Assembly: GCF_000315625.1 (NCBI RefSeq)
Contig: NW_005434552.1
Location: forward strand, 50,127 to 114,126
Direction of reading: 5' to 3'
DNA: 64,000 nucleotides
Source: Guillardia theta CCMP2712
Taxonomy: Eukaryota; Protista; Cryptophyta
The notes under the pieces were generated by a model. The model made no database searches, was not told where the DNA came from, and was given only the letters and a program-made list of their open reading frames with translations. Positions 11,797 through 25,045 of this stretch are shown here, piece after piece. The first letter of the stretch is position 1; every line of letters begins with the position of its first letter. The position numbers and the translations under genes are program-made.

Positions 11797-13427
11797 NNNN
11801 NNNNNNNNNNNNNNNNNNNNNNNNNNNNNNNNNNNNNNNNNNNNNNNNNNNNNNNNNNNNNNNNNNNNNNNNNNNNNNNNNNNNNNNNNNNNNNNNTATC
11901 CTCTGTCCTCCACCACTCTCTCCCTCCCTCTTTTTACGTCTCTCTATCTTGGATCTTCCTCTGTTTGTTGTTCGGTTTACAGCACAACGATCGGATTACA
12001 GAGCAGCACAGCTTCGTGTTGTACACCTGAGGCTTTCTGTCTACACACTCTGATCCTACTGCCTGCAAATGCAACACCAAGAGCGTATCAGTCGCCTGCT
12101 TTTCAAGAGCTTATCAAGTATTCACCTAACAAATGCCATCTATTCTTGATGATAAGACCTATGATTCATTCTGACTTCCCCTCTCTTGCTAACGTATCCA
12201 TGCATGTCTTATTCTCTCTCGAGTTTCTGCCCTGCTTCCGACTCTGCCTCCTTCTCCCACGCCGTCTCCTTTCTCCCTTTCAGTGACTGTTCGTAGAGAG
12301 AGATGAAAAAAGACAGCGAGGGAAGAGAAGAGAAGGAGAAAGAAAGAAAGAAGGAGATCAAGACAGAAAGCTTCTCTATCTTTCCTTTTTCCTTGACACT
12401 TCCTCTCTTGAAGCAAGAGAGGAAGTAAGAATGCCGAAAACACATTAATCAAGCACAGAGAAGGTTTCCTCGCTCCTCTTGGTATTCGTCATATTTCATC
12501 CCTTCCTTCCATCGTTTCTTTTCCCTCCTCTCTTCTCCTCTCTTCTGTCTGTTGTCACGTCTCCTTCTCTCTGCAGCAGCTACAAGACATCTCTCACACA
12601 CTAGCGACATGACAAGCTTGTCCTCACCCTCCCTCAAGCTCCTTCCATCCTCTCTCCCTCTCTCCTCCCGCTCTCTCCCTTCATCCTCCTGCCATGTTTC
12701 CCGCCCAACCACCCCTCTACATGGAGCCCTACCCTAGTCGTATATCACCCTCATATTCACATGGTTTCAGCCTATCAGGTACGGGTGAGCAACACCAGCC
12801 TACCCTACCTGTTGATGTATTTTGCACTGCCCTACCCCACCCCTAGAAGCTCCAGGTATCCGCTAGTCAGCGTAAGGGGTGGACGCTAATTGGAGCAACG
12901 GATCCGAGGCGGACTGCTGGCGATGAAAACCGTTGAGAGGATTGACTAAAATCATCTACTGCGATCCGATGATCTCAGTGACCGGACCGGAGCCTCGGAG
13001 GCTGAAGATCGGACCGTAAGACAACGTGACGGTACAGTGACTGCGGCTGACCGGGCCCTGAGCCCAGGATGGGACGAATGAAACCAAATCGATCGAGTTT
13101 GTGAGAGCAGACTCAGATATGATAGTACCATCATCGTCACCAGCTGCCCGGCGCGGAACAAGACAATTTCAAGTTCCACTCAGGACTGAGTTGAATGCAC
13201 ACTAAACAGAGATTGAGGAGCACATGAGAGATAGACTGTATCAGGCTTGCATGTCGAGNNNNNNNNNNNNNNNNNNNNNNNNNNNNNNNNNNNNNNNNNN
13301 NNNNNNNNNNNNNNNNNNNNNNNNNNNNNNNNNNNNNNNNNNNNNNNNNNNNNNNNNNGATTTCGCGGAGAGAGATTGAATTGTCTGTTGCATCCTGACG
13401 GTTGCTTCTTTATGGTTTGCCAGTGCA

Positions 13428-14783
13428 ATGAAGCATGAAGCAAGCAAGGCTTTCGAGGGACGTACGGAGCGGAGAGCAAACGGCACGACAGGTAGAGGTC
13501 CGCAGTTGCTTGATCGTGAGAAACAAGACAATCAAAGTCGGTTTGCATGGAGTCATGACCGGTCACACACGAAGAAAAGGCAGGCAGATGTCGCAGGAAA
13601 CGAGATCGAGATCGCGAGGGCATCCAAGTTAGTCGACCAGACAGCCAAAAGCTTGTCGTTGAGCAAGAGAGAGGCTGAGCTGAAGGAGGCTGAGGACACA
13701 GGAGACGAGATCGAGATCGCGAAGGCACGCAAGTTAGTCAACAAGGCATGGCTAAGCTTGTCGTTGCGCAAGAGAGAGGCTGAGCTGAAGGAGGCTGAGG
13801 ACACAGGAGACGAGATCGAGATCGCGAAGGCACGAATCAGGGTCAGGGAGGCAGAGCTGGAGGAGGCTGAGGTCACAGGAGACGAGATCGAGATCCTCAA
13901 GGCACGAATCAGGGTCAGTGAGGCAGAGCTGGAGGAGGCTGAGGACACAGGAGACGAGATCGAGATCGCGAAGGCACGAATCAGGGTCAGGGAGGCAGAG
14001 CTGAAGGAGGCTGAGGACACAGGAGACGAGATCGAGATCGCGAAGGCACGAATCAGGGTCAGGGAGGCAGAGCTGAAGGAGGCTGAGGTCACAGGAGACG
14101 AGATCGAGATCCTCAAGACACGAATCAGGGTCAGTAAGGCAGAGCTGAAGAAGGCTGAGGACACAGGAGACAAGATCGAGATCCTCAAGGCACGAATCAG
14201 GGTCAGGGAGGCAGAGCTGAAGGAGGCTGAGGTCACAGGAGACGAGATCGAGATCCTCAAGGCACGAATCAGGGGCAGGGAGGCAGAGCTGAAGGAGGCT
14301 GAGGACACAGGAGACGAGATCGAGATCGCGAAGGCACGAATCAGGGTCAGGGAGGCAGAGCTGGAGGAGGCTGAGGACACAGGAGACGAGATCGAGATCC
14401 TCAAGGCACGAATCAGGGTCAGGGAGGCAGAGCTGAAGGAGGCTGAGGACACAGGAGACGAGATCGAGATCGCAAAGGCCCTTCTTGGCCTCAGGATGGC
14501 AGAGCTGGAGGAGGTTTGGCTGAGAGGAGACCAGATAAAGTTCGAAAGGGCAGTCGAGCTAGCCAGGCAGGCAAGCATAAGCTTGTCGTTGCTCAGGAGG
14601 ACGGCAGAGCTGAAGGCTGAGGACACAGGAGACGAGATCAAGATCGCAGACGCCCTCTTTAGCGTCAGGGTCGCAGAGCTGAAGGAGGCTGAGGTCACAG
14701 GAGACGAGATCGAGATCGCGAGGGCATCCAAGTTAGTCAACCAGGCATGGCTAAGCTTGTCGTTGCGCAAGAGAGAGGCTTAG
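13428..14783 (+). CDS. Alpha-helical tandem-repeat protein (24-aa unit EAELKEAEDTGDEIEIAKARIRVR), copy 1
   Basis: 451-aa ORF; the paralog at 28686-30215 differs by in-frame indels and repeat composition. Confidence 0.6.
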   Translation: MKHEASKAFEGRTERRANGTTGRGPQLLDREKQDNQSRFAWSHDRSHTKKRQADVAGNEIEIARASKLVDQTAKSLSLSKREAELKEAEDTGDEIEIAKARKLVNKAWLSLSLRKREAELKEAEDTGDEIEIAKARIRVREAELEEAEVTGDEIEILKARIRVSEAELEEAEDTGDEIEIAKARIRVREAELKEAEDTGDEIEIAKARIRVREAELKEAEVTGDEIEILKTRIRVSKAELKKAEDTGDKIEILKARIRVREAELKEAEVTGDEIEILKARIRGREAELKEAEDTGDEIEIAKARIRVREAELEEAEDTGDEIEILKARIRVREAELKEAEDTGDEIEIAKALLGLRMAELEEVWLRGDQIKFERAVELARQASISLSLLRRTAELKAEDTGDEIKIADALFSVRVAELKEAEVTGDEIEIARASKLVNQAWLSLSLRKREA

Positions 14784-16039
14784 CTTGACAAGGCTCGAAG
14801 CACAGGAGACGAGATCGAGATCGCGAGGGCACGCGAGTCAGTCGATGAGGCAGAGCTATGCTACTTTGTGCGCAAGACGGGGGCAGAACCGGAGTAGGCT
14901 CAAGGCCCTGGAGACAAGATCAAGCTCAGGCCACCTATACATGAAGCTGACCACGGCTGACTCTCTATATCATGTATTTCCCACTTGACGTTGCATATGT
15001 GCAGCACCACCCCGTACACCCACATTCGCCTCCTCCCCTTCCACACTGTGGCTCTTCTATCTCGTGAATCCTCTTCCGCCTCCTCGCTGAGCTGCCTCTG
15101 GTAGAGGACCTCCATCTTCTCCCAGTCCGCCTCCCCTCCTCGCATCCTCGTTTTACCCAGGTTTCCATCGCCTCTGCCTGCGTCTCTGCTGAAGCCCTTC
15201 ACGCTCCCCACGGGGTCTCCGTCCCTCTTTCCTCCCACCAGCCTGCACCACACCCGGTACGACTCCCTCCTTTCACACACCCCGCCGTCGGACCCCCTTA
15301 TGTCGACTTGCGCTGCTTGTTACAGTGAGACAACTGCTTTCCAACATTTGCCGTGATTGTTTTCCTACTCAAACATTATGCGCATCGACAGCATCGTAGT
15401 GGGAGTGAAAGAACGCAACTTGGCACATCCACAGACGTATTGAGCTATTCTTCTCCTCCCATCACTTTGTGTATCCTTTGAGATTTTTGGTGACCATTTT
15501 CATACAGTCTTTGGTATCACTTAGATCATGTTGAAGTCCCGTCTCATGCTGTTGGACGAGCCAGCAAGATCAGCGGATACTAGTGACGAAAGATTTTCAT
15601 GTGAACTCCCTATGAGGTGTTTACTGTCTGCAGCAATCTTGACGACGATGCCAAAGAAACAGCGAGCATTGCTTTCTCTGCTGTTCGTAATCCCTGGAAA
15701 GGATCTCGATTGTCATCGGAGCTCCTCGGAAGCTGTGCGTATTTGTTTCTGCCCTTGCGACTGTACATCCTCCCTCTCTTCCTTTGCATCTCCCTTTGGG
15801 ATGCTCCTCTCTGCTACTTCGATAGCTTTCCTTCCTCCTCCTTCCTCCTCCTCCTCCTCCATCACCACCTCCTTCCTCCTCCTCCTCCTCCTCCCTCCTC
15901 CTCTTCCTTCTTCTTCTTCCTCCTGCTCCTGCTCCTGCTCTTCCTCCTTCCTCCTCTTCCTTCCTCCTCCTCCACCACTCCATGCTAATGTAAGCAGCCG
16001 TGGCAGCTCCTGATTGCTTTCACCGTCAGCCAAGTCTCC

Positions 16040-16860
16040 GTTCGTTTGTCTTCTCCTTGATGATAAGCTCCTGCAACTTTCTTCGGGCGGAGACGCTGTC
16101 TGTCCCCTATGCCGCGGCAAACTTTCAAAGGGCGACGTGTTCTCGGTAGAGCAAACGCGGGAGGCTCGACAGAACCTTGCTCGCAACGCATCCGGCGAGG
16201 ACGAGGACGGGGAGAGGCAGACGGATCGGGTGCAAGCGGAAGAGGAGGAGCAGAGGCTGAGCCCCAAGATTCAAGCGCTTCTCGTCGATGAGCAGGAGGC
16301 TCAGCAGGCAGACAAGACAGTCAAATCCGTCGTGTCTTCCACCTTCCTCTCATGTTTGGATGAGACAGAAAGTGCCATGATCGCTGCTGCCATCCCCGTC
16401 TTTCGCATCGATGGCACGACGAGCATCCTCCAGCCCCGGCGGCTGATACAAGACTTTGACTCTCATCCTCAAGGCGCCCTTCTCCTCCTCAGCTCCAAGG
16501 TCAGAATCCTTTCCATCTCCTTCCCCCTGCTCCCCTCCCCTCGCTCTGACCTCCAGCTAGCTGGGAGGCGCGGGGCTCTCGCTCACCATGGCGTCGAGAG
16601 CTCACATGATGGAACCATGGTGGAACGCGGCAGTCGACGAGCCGCTCAGCAGGCGATGCATCGGCTCCACCGCATCGGGCAGACGCGCCCAGTCACCATC
16701 ATCGGCTACAAGTGCCAAGGGACCGTTGAGCAGAAGATCATGGAGATGCAGGAGAAGAAAGATTGGCTGGGGAAGGCGGCGATGATGAGGATGGAAGCCG
16801 ACGAGCTGCTGGAAATGCGCCTGCGGCTGTTCAGGACGCCCTTCCTGAGATCGAGTCAGG
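16040..16860 (+). pseudogene. RAD5/HLTF-like SNF2 helicase C-terminal fragment (RING end + HELICc), degenerate
   Basis: CPLCR, KSVVSS.FL, FRIDG, MASRAHMMEPWWNAAV, LHRIGQTRPV, TVEQKI..MQEKK spread over frames; N-terminal SNF2 domain absent. Confidence 0.8.
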
Positions 16861-16867
16861 GATGTCG

Positions 16868-16976
16868 TGGGAGACGACTACTCGGTGGGAGACGACTACT
16901 CGGTGGGAGACGACTACTCGGTGGGAGACGACTACTCGGTGGGAGACGACTACTCGGTGGGAGACGAAAACTCGGA
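16868..16976. repeat. 18-bp minisatellite (TGGGAGACGACTACTCGG) x~6
   Basis: Seen directly; the same unit occurs x~13 at 35591-35830. Confidence 0.95.
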
Positions 16977-17144
16977 TCTGATGTGAAATTTGTTCTTATG
17001 TTCATTTAACTTTGACCAGCCTCGGAAGTCCCTCGGCGTCGCCCACTTCTCCTCTTTCAAACTTGACTAGTAGTAATGCCAAGTTTGCCGCGGGGCGGCC
17101 GCTAGCGGGTTTCATCGTTTTCGTGCTCGCCGTCCTTCTCGCAG

Positions 17145-17615
17145 GAGCCTTGCGCTACAGATAAACGAGAAGCTTTACAGCAACAAACTTCAAGAAAGTC
17201 ATATCTAGAGAGTTACAAAGTCAAGAGCTGAAGGTTCACACTCGGCAGTCTGAGGAGCACTGAGGCACCCCTCCCTGCTTACAGCTGCCCCATGATTCTT
17301 CACTTTGGTTGTCACTCAGAAACTAAAGTGATCAAGCTCTTCCGATTCGACATCTCTCCCAAGAACCTGGCCGATGCCCTCAAAGCTCACAACAAGGAGG
17401 CGAAAGCACAGGTGCAGCTTGTCGTATTGAATTCTTGTTTCTCGCATGAACACGCAAAGAAGCTAGCCGAAGTTGTTGACTTTGCTATTGGGCACGAGGA
17501 TGAATTGGCGAATGACAGCACCATTGAGTTTTCGGGCATTTTCTATCAAAGTCTCTTCCAAGGATACACATTGTTGAACTCATTCGAGCTCGTGTCGACC
17601 TTGCTCGAGAGCTAG
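17145..17615 (+). pseudogene. CHAT (caspase-HetF clan) peptidase domain fragment
   Basis: ILHFGCH...LVVLNSC...FAIG...EFS..FYQSL matches the CHAT pattern H-F-x-G-H / LVVLNAC; the upstream part has stops and frameshifts. Confidence 0.7.
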
Positions 17616-17714
17616 GACTCAAGGGTGATGGGGTGGACTTGGAGAGGATAAGGCCGGGGGTATAGGGGTATGGGACCGAATAGGATTACAGCATTTTGTT
17701 GGCTCAGTCTTTGA

Positions 17715-20461
17715 CTACTCTATACCTAAACTTGTAAGATAATCTTTGACATCTGAGCCACGAGCTAACGCAGCGCACGACTGGCCGTTCTGGTCCTTCT
17801 CTCTCAGCAGCTCCTCCCCGCATCTCTCCGCAAAGTACCTGAGCACCTCCAAGTACCCTCTGTTACTCGCCTCATGTGCACAGGTGTTGCCGTCATTGTC
17901 CTTCTCCCTCAGTAGCCCCTCCCCGCATCTCTCCGCCAAGTACCGAAGTACCTCCAAATGCCCTCCCCTACTCGCATAGTGCGCGCACGTCTTGCCGTTA
18001 TTGGACTTCTCTCTAAGAAGCTCCTCCCCGCATGTATCTGCAAGGTACTGTACAATCTCCAAGAACCCTCCTCTACTCGCCGCATTGACACATGTCCTGC
18101 CGTCATCGTCCTTCTCCCTCAGCAGCTCCTCCCCGCATGTCTCTGCCAAGTATCGAAGTCCCTCCAGCTGCCCTCCATTACCCGCATAATGCGCGCATGT
18201 CTGGCCAAGATCGTCCTTCTGCCTCAGCACCTCCTCCCCGCATGTCTCTACAGCATACCGCACTACCTCCAAGTGCCCTCTATAACTCGCCAAGTGCGCG
18301 CATGTTATTCCAGAGATGTCGGGTTGCTCCATTATGTGTTTCAGCTGCTCTTTCCCGCATTGTTCTTCTACCGTCTTCAGCACCTCCACATGCCCATACT
18401 CCCCCGCCCAGTGCACCATCGTCCTCCCTGCCTTGTCCTTCGCTCCTACCTCCGCTCCTGCCTCGATCAGCTCCCTCACGCTCCCCGCCCTCCCCAGCAT
18501 CCCCGCTACATGCAGCCCTGTCCTTCCGTCCTCCGTCCGCTCGTCCATGTCGCATTCGCCCGCCTTCAGCAGCCCGATCAGCTCCCCTTGTCCTCGTACC
18601 ACCGCCGTCACTGTCGGCGGCTCCCCGTGCTGGTCCGACCTTGACATCGACAAGCCGTACATCCCGCACAGCCTCTTGCTCTGCTCTCGTCTGCCGTCAT
18701 CGCCTGCTGGAGTCCGCGAGCTGATGTCGTACATCAGACCTGCCATCGTCCTCCAGTACACTGACTGCATCGGCTCGCGTGCAAGGGCTTCACATTCCCA
18801 GTCTCCCTGAGTGTCTTCGATCCAGTGCCTGAGCTTGTTGATCGCCATGTCCTTGACTCGGTTCGACAGCTCGATCGCCTCCTTGTAGTTTGACTCGTCG
18901 TTGTACCAGCCCGACTCCCTCGCCCTGCTCGCCTCCACCAGCCCCCAGCACTCCTCCACGATCGATTGTACAAGATTTTGATGAAGGTTATTGATTGAGT
19001 CAGCCGGTGCTGTCCTAAGCCGCTCCTGGATCCTCCCCTCCCACCCCCTCACGTCTCGCTCTACCTCCCTGGCCAGGTTCTCCATCAGCCCTACGTACAG
19101 CTGCTTCCTCTTCCCCACAAAGTCCTCGATCGTCAAGCTCATCGTGTTCGCGTTGATCTTCAGCTCCAGCACCTTCACCCGCCTCCCCTCTACCTCCCTG
19201 TACCGCGGCGTCTTCACCACCTCCAGGTACGACAGCGGTGGATACAGCATCTCCCCCTCCCCCGGATACTGAGACACAAACGTCAAGCTCGCCCCCCGGT
19301 CGATCGCCCCGCAGCTGATCTCGAACACGATCGACTCTCCCTCCTCCCCGGCGTACTGCATCGCCGTCCTGACGTCTGTCGTCGTGCTCAGCAGCCCGTA
19401 CTCGACTCCTCCGGACACCCCGAGCTTGTCCTCGTTGAGGAAGCTCTCCGGCAGCTTCAGGCCTTTCAGTCCAATCCACACTTGCCGATCATCGGGCAGA
19501 GGCGTGTGACGAGACAGCTTGACGATGCCGCTGACGATGCAGTGGATGGTCGTCGTGTACTTGTTGGGGAGCTTGTTGGAGTCTCGGAGGAGCTCTTTGG
19601 GAGCTCGAAGAACAGAGTTGTACTTGAAGTACATCGGCCCTGTCATAGCAAGCCTCTTGTCAGCCTTCTCACGCTCTCTTGCTCCTCTCTCCTCTCACAT
19701 GCTCCTTCTCCCTCTCTCGCTATCTCTCTCTTACCTGTGTAGAGCTGCAGCGCGATCAGCTCCGCCTCCTGTAGCCCCGCCTTGATCGCCGTGTCCAGCC
19801 CCTTCAGCTCCTCCATCCCTCGGATCACCCGCGTCCCGTCCGACAGCCTCTGCCTCCTCTCCGGGTCTGTGACGTTGAGCCACTCCTCCTTGGCTGTCGT
19901 CGTGATGAACGCAGTTGCTCGTCGTGAATGCTTCCTCCNNNNNNNNNNNNNNNNNNNNNNNNNNNNNNNNNNNNNNNNNNNNNNNNNNNNNNNNNNNNNN
20001 NNNNNNNNNNNNNNNNNNNNNNNNNNNNNNNNNNNNNNNNNNNNNNNNNNNNNNNNNNNNNNNNNNNNNNNNNNNNNNNNNNNNNNNNNNNNNNGCAAAC
20101 TTGCTGTTGTGCGATGTCGGACCGTCTCCTCCCGCCCGCCCTCCTGCCTCCGCCGGCCTCCTCAGCGCCTCCTCGAGCCTCCTCCCTATCNNNNNNNNNN
20201 NNNNNNNNNNNNNNNNNNNNNNNNNNNNNNNNNNNNNNNNNNNNNNNNNNNNNNNNNNNNNNNNNNNNNNNNNNNNNNNNNNNNNNNNNNCTGCCATAGA
20301 GCCGATAGAGCGCTCTCCGTCATCCCCTGTAGCCCCGCAAGAGGACTCGCCGTGCTCCCGCCGGGGATGCACTCCGCCATGACTCGGAGGATGTTGAGGT
20401 CGCCGAGGCTGCTGGCCTTGCGCTCGAGCTCCCACTCTCTTGCGACTCTGACCTCGTAGTC
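17715..20461 (-). CDS. Mono-ADP-ribosyltransferase - ankyrin repeat protein, copy 2 (intron 19734-19640; 5' part gapped, apparent +1 frameshift near 19905)
   Basis: ART core LSTT...SQYPGEGEMLYPP (S-T-T and E-x-E); VWIG in place of VWRG; ankyrin array ending LTSLGIE*. Confidence 0.8.
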
Positions 20462-22736
20462 GNNNNNNNNNNNNNNNNNNNNNNNNNNNNNNNNNNNNNN
20501 NNNNNNNNNNNNNNNNNNNNNNNNNNNNNNNNNNNNNNNNNNNNNNNNNNNNNNNNNNNNNNNNNNNNNNNNNNNNNNNNNNNNNNNNNNNNNNNNNNNN
20601 NNNNNNNNNNNNNNNNNNNNNNNNNNNNNNNNNNNNNNNNNNNNNNNNNNNNNNNNNNNNNNNNNNNNNNNNNNNNNNCAGACTAGCAGGAGGGGACAAG
20701 GCCCAACAGATCTCAACGCCTGTCACAAGCGTCATGTCATCGAGAGTTGCTTAGAGGGGTGATTCGATCTTGTTGTCTTACACATAAACCTAAGGCTTGT
20801 CATCTACACACAGCTCAAGTTTCTCTTCTTGGGACCTTCAGAGAGCTCTAGGAGCGCGCAACGTTTGTAGCTTCCCTCTACTTGCAAACGAGAATGCCAA
20901 AAAAAAACACAACAAACCAGACAGGGAATATAATTCCCTCCCCTCTTCTCCTCTCTTCTGTCTGTTGTCACGTCTCCATCTCTCTGCAGCAGTTACAAGA
21001 CGATCTCACACTCTAGCGACAAGACAAGCTTGTCGTCACCATCTCTCAAGCTCCTTCCAACCCCTCTTGCACAATGAAACATACAAGCACTTTCACGACC
21101 ACCCCTTCCTGTGATATGATCCTACCCTACCCTATAGAATACCACTGGATGCGGGTGGGCAGTACACCCTACCTCCAGGAGAAACCTGCTACAGGTGCTT
21201 GCATTAGCCTGTTTGGAATATCCGCTCTTCTCTCCCTTCCTTCATGTCTCCCTAAGGCTGTTCGTCTATGTACTCTTATCCATCTTTCTGTCCCTGGGAA
21301 GTCTCGGAGAGCTCTAGGACACAGTGACAGCTGCGTCAGCTGCAACACAAGCACAACAATCTCCTGCTAGTTACGAGCACATGAAGCCTCTCATCCCATC
21401 ATATGCCGAGAGCTTCCCATTCGCTTCTGTCTCCCTCGTCATCATCCTTCTTCACAATGTGACAGCTTGTCTCCCTGTGCCTCTCTTCTGTCTGTCTTGT
21501 AAACATTTCTCGTTCTCTTCTGCTTGTTCTTCTGCTCTTGTTTCCGCTCGCGTCTGTCTCCTCATACATACCTCACGTCTTATCCTTCTATTTTTCTCTC
21601 TTTCTGCATCTGGGCTGCTGGTCGTGATTCTGCTCTTTCTCTCTTCATTCTCTCTTTGATACCTTTATCCCTTTCTCACCTTCTCTTAAATATCCTATCT
21701 TTTAAACATCTCTCGTTGTCTACTGCTTGTTCATATTTCCTGTTTCTCACCCTCTCTCTCTCTCCCTTCCCTTGTCTTTCTCTCTTCTCTCGTTACTCTC
21801 TCGTTGCTCTTCCCTGTCAAGCTGCTTCTCTTCCAGCCTCAGCTGTCAGCAGAGAGAGAAAGACGAGACGGGGGAAGAGGGAGAAGAGGAGAGGGAGAGG
21901 AGACAAGTGAAGAACAGAAGATAAAAGAAACGAGAGCGAAAGAGAGGAGACAAGGAGAGACGAAGCGAGAGCTTCTCTTCTTGCAGAGGAGGTAAGGATG
22001 GAAGAGGAGAGGACAGTAGAGTAGAAAGGCGATCAGAAAAGCGAAGGCAACAGAAGGGAGAGGAGAGAGCAGGGGTGAAGAAGCGACGAGCAGAGAAGGG
22101 GGGAAGCAGAGAGCAGAGAGCGGAGAAGAGGAATGGACAGGAGGGAGGTAGTGAAGTGCAATGACAAGGGGAGCAGACAAGGGAGAGGACGAGTAAAGAG
22201 AGATGGAGGAGNNNNNNNNNNNNNNNNNNNNNNNNNNNNNNNNNNNNNNNNNNNNNNNNNNNNNNNNNNNNNNNNNNNNNNNNNNNNNNNNNNNNNNNNN
22301 NNNNNNNNNNNNNNNNNNNNNNNNNNNNNNNNNNNNNNNNNNNNNNNNNNNNNNNNNNNNNNNNNNNNNNNNNNAAGGCTGGCGGAGAGGAGAGTAGATA
22401 ACGGAGAGAAGGCAGATGGGGAAAACGCAGAGGAGGATAGTCAAACAGCGGAGAAGACGAGAGAACAAGTGGGAGTAGACAAGGAGAGGAGAGGAGAGAT
22501 GAAATGAAATGAAGTGAGATGTGAAGAGAAAAAGAGAAGAAGAGAAGAAAAGAGATAAGAAGAGAAGAGATAAGAAGAGAAGAAAGAAGAAGTGAAANNN
22601 NNNNNNNNNNNNNNNNNNNNNNNNNNNNNNNNNNNNNNNNNNNNNNNNNNNNNNNNNNNNNNNNNNNNNNNNNNNNNNNNNNNNNNNNNNNNNNNNNGAG
22701 GAGAGGAGAGAGATGAGGACAAGACAAGACAAGAGA

Positions 22737-22950
22737 AGAGAAGAGAACAGAAGAGAACAGAAGAGAACAGAAGAGAACAGAAGNNNNNNNNNNNNNNNNN
22801 NNNNNNNNNNNNNNNNNNNNNNNNNNNNNNNNNNNNNNNNNNNNNNNNNNNNNNNNNNNNNNNNNNNNNNNNNNNNNNNNNNNCAGAAGAGAACAGAAGA
22901 GAACAGAAGAGAAGAGAAGAGAACAGAAGAGAACAGAAGAGAACAGAAGA
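22737..22950. repeat. 10-bp microsatellite (AGAACAGAAG)n interrupted by gaps
   Basis: Seen directly. Confidence 0.9.
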
Positions 22951-25045
22951 CAAGAGAGTATAAGTCCTTCAACGTCTTCGTTTTTCTCTCTTCCCTCTCC
23001 TCTCCTCCCTCCCGGCATGAAATGTTCAACCCAACCGGCAGGGTAACTACACGGGCAAGGTAAGTACACCGGCAGGGCGGTGACCGGCCCGGGCGCGGCC
23101 CGGGCCCCGGGAACTCCCATCCCGGCACTGGCCCGGCCGTGGGCGGGGCCTGAGACTCAGACTCTGTTTCATCGTGTTCGGTCCGTACTGTCTGTACAAG
23201 ATCAATAGTCAGGATGCGACGAATGAAATCAAATCGATTCTCCGATCCCGCCCAAGCCTCTGTGATAGCGACCTCAGCCTGATCGCTACGTTCACGGCCT
23301 GAGGTGCAGCTGTGGCCGTAGGTCGAGGACCGTGTGGCCAGCAACTTGAAGCCGAGGCTGCTCGTGTCACGGTCATGCGTCTAAGAGCGCTTGGGTGTTC
23401 CCCAAGCAACATCCATGATGACTAGACGTCACTAGAGCCTCCGACGCCTCATCGCCCCCCCGTGAGCAAGACCTCTCGGTACCTCTCAGCTCCTCCAGCA
23501 CAACCCGACATGCAAGACAAGAGGCTGCTGCTGACGTGACGCCTGCGGCCCGGGATGGACGCGACCTAGCCATGGCTGACGTCCGAGCACTCGCCATCAA
23601 GGTGACGACACGCTTCAGCTCTGAGCGAGGCTGCGAGAGCAGAGCACCAGCTGGAGCACGCATGTGTCATCTGTGAGCGCTAGAGCCATCAGAGCCTTCT
23701 TGGACTCCAGCTGCCATCAAGCGGCTCAAGCACCACGAGGACTGTAGAGGAGCTTGTAGACTAGCTTCACCCCTCAGCTCCTTCTCCTCTCATGCCCCTC
23801 CGTCCTCCCGCTCCCTCCCTCCCCTCCCTCCCTACCTCTCCTCACAGCACACACTCCCCTCCCCTCCTGCTGCTGTTCCTTCTCCTCTCTCCTCCATCGC
23901 TCCTGCCGCTGTAGCCTCTGCCCCTCCTACCCGTCGACCTTGTCCGTCAGAGCTCTGACAGCCTCAGCTACTCTTCATCCGCGACCTCCGTCACCGCCGA
24001 TTTCCATGTCAGCTCTCTCCCTCTCCTCGCATCTTTCTCTCCCTCATCAGACCTCCCACCAGCACCCCAGCACAAGTCCTGGCTACCTCTCCAGCTGCTG
24101 GGCACATGCCTCCATCTCGCTCCTCTTTCTCACTCCCTACCTCATGCTTGGATGGGTTGGAACCCCTCGCATGACCCCCCACCCCTCCCTCTCCGTACCC
24201 ACCCCTCTCTTCCCCTCGCGTCTGGTCAANNNNNNNNNNNNNNNNNNNNNNNNNNNNNNNNNNNNNNNNNNNNNNNNNNNNNNNNNNNNNNNNNNNNNNN
24301 NNNNNNNNNNNNNNNNNNNNNNNNNNNNNNNNNNNNNNNNNNNNNNNNNNNNNNNNNNNNNNNNNNNNNNNNNNNNNNNNNNNNNNNNNNNNNNNNNNNN
24401 NNNNNNNNNNNNNNNNNNNNNNNNNNNNNNNNNNNNNNNNNNNNNNNNNNNNNNNNNNNNNNNNNNNNNNNNNNNNNNNNNNNNNNNNNNNNNNNNNNNN
24501 NNNNNNNNNNNNNNNNNNNNNNNNNNNNNNNNNNNNNNNNNNNNNNNNNNNNNNNNNNNNNNNNNNNNNNNNNNNNNNNNNNNNNNNNNNNNNNNNNNNN
24601 NNNNNNNNNNNNNNNNNNNNNNCGGCTTGCGCCGTAGAGCAGAAGCGAGCACTAGCCCGCATAGACAGACATGGGGGTGGAGGACAAGAGGAGCTGAGAG
24701 GTAGAGAGCAAGACGCGCTTCTATCAGGTACAATCAAGGTTGACCGCAACATTGACCGACAAGNNNNNNNNNNNNNNNNNNNNNNNNNNNNNNNNNNNNN
24801 NNNNNNNNNNNNNNNNNNNNNNNNNNNNNNNNNNNNNNNNNNNNNNNNNNNNNNNNNNNNNNNNNNNNNNNNNNNNNNNNNNNNNNNNNNNNNNNNNNNN
24901 NNNNNNNNNNNNNNNNNNNNNNNNNNNNNNNNNNNNNNNNNNNNNNNNNNNNNNNNNNNNNNNNNNNNNNNNNNNNNNNNNNNNNNNNNNNNNNNNNNNN
25001 NNNNNNNNNNNNNNNNNNNNNNNNNNNNNNNNNNNNNNNNNNNNN

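Noticed and set aside
13553-14770. 405-aa antisense Ser-rich ORF (also antisense ORFs over the WD40, ankyrin and ARM arrays)
   Set aside because: Shadow frames produced by repeats and codon bias of the real opposite-strand genes
21839-23344. Long Leu/Ser/Phe-rich ORFs
   Set aside because: Low-complexity CT/GA sequence and gaps
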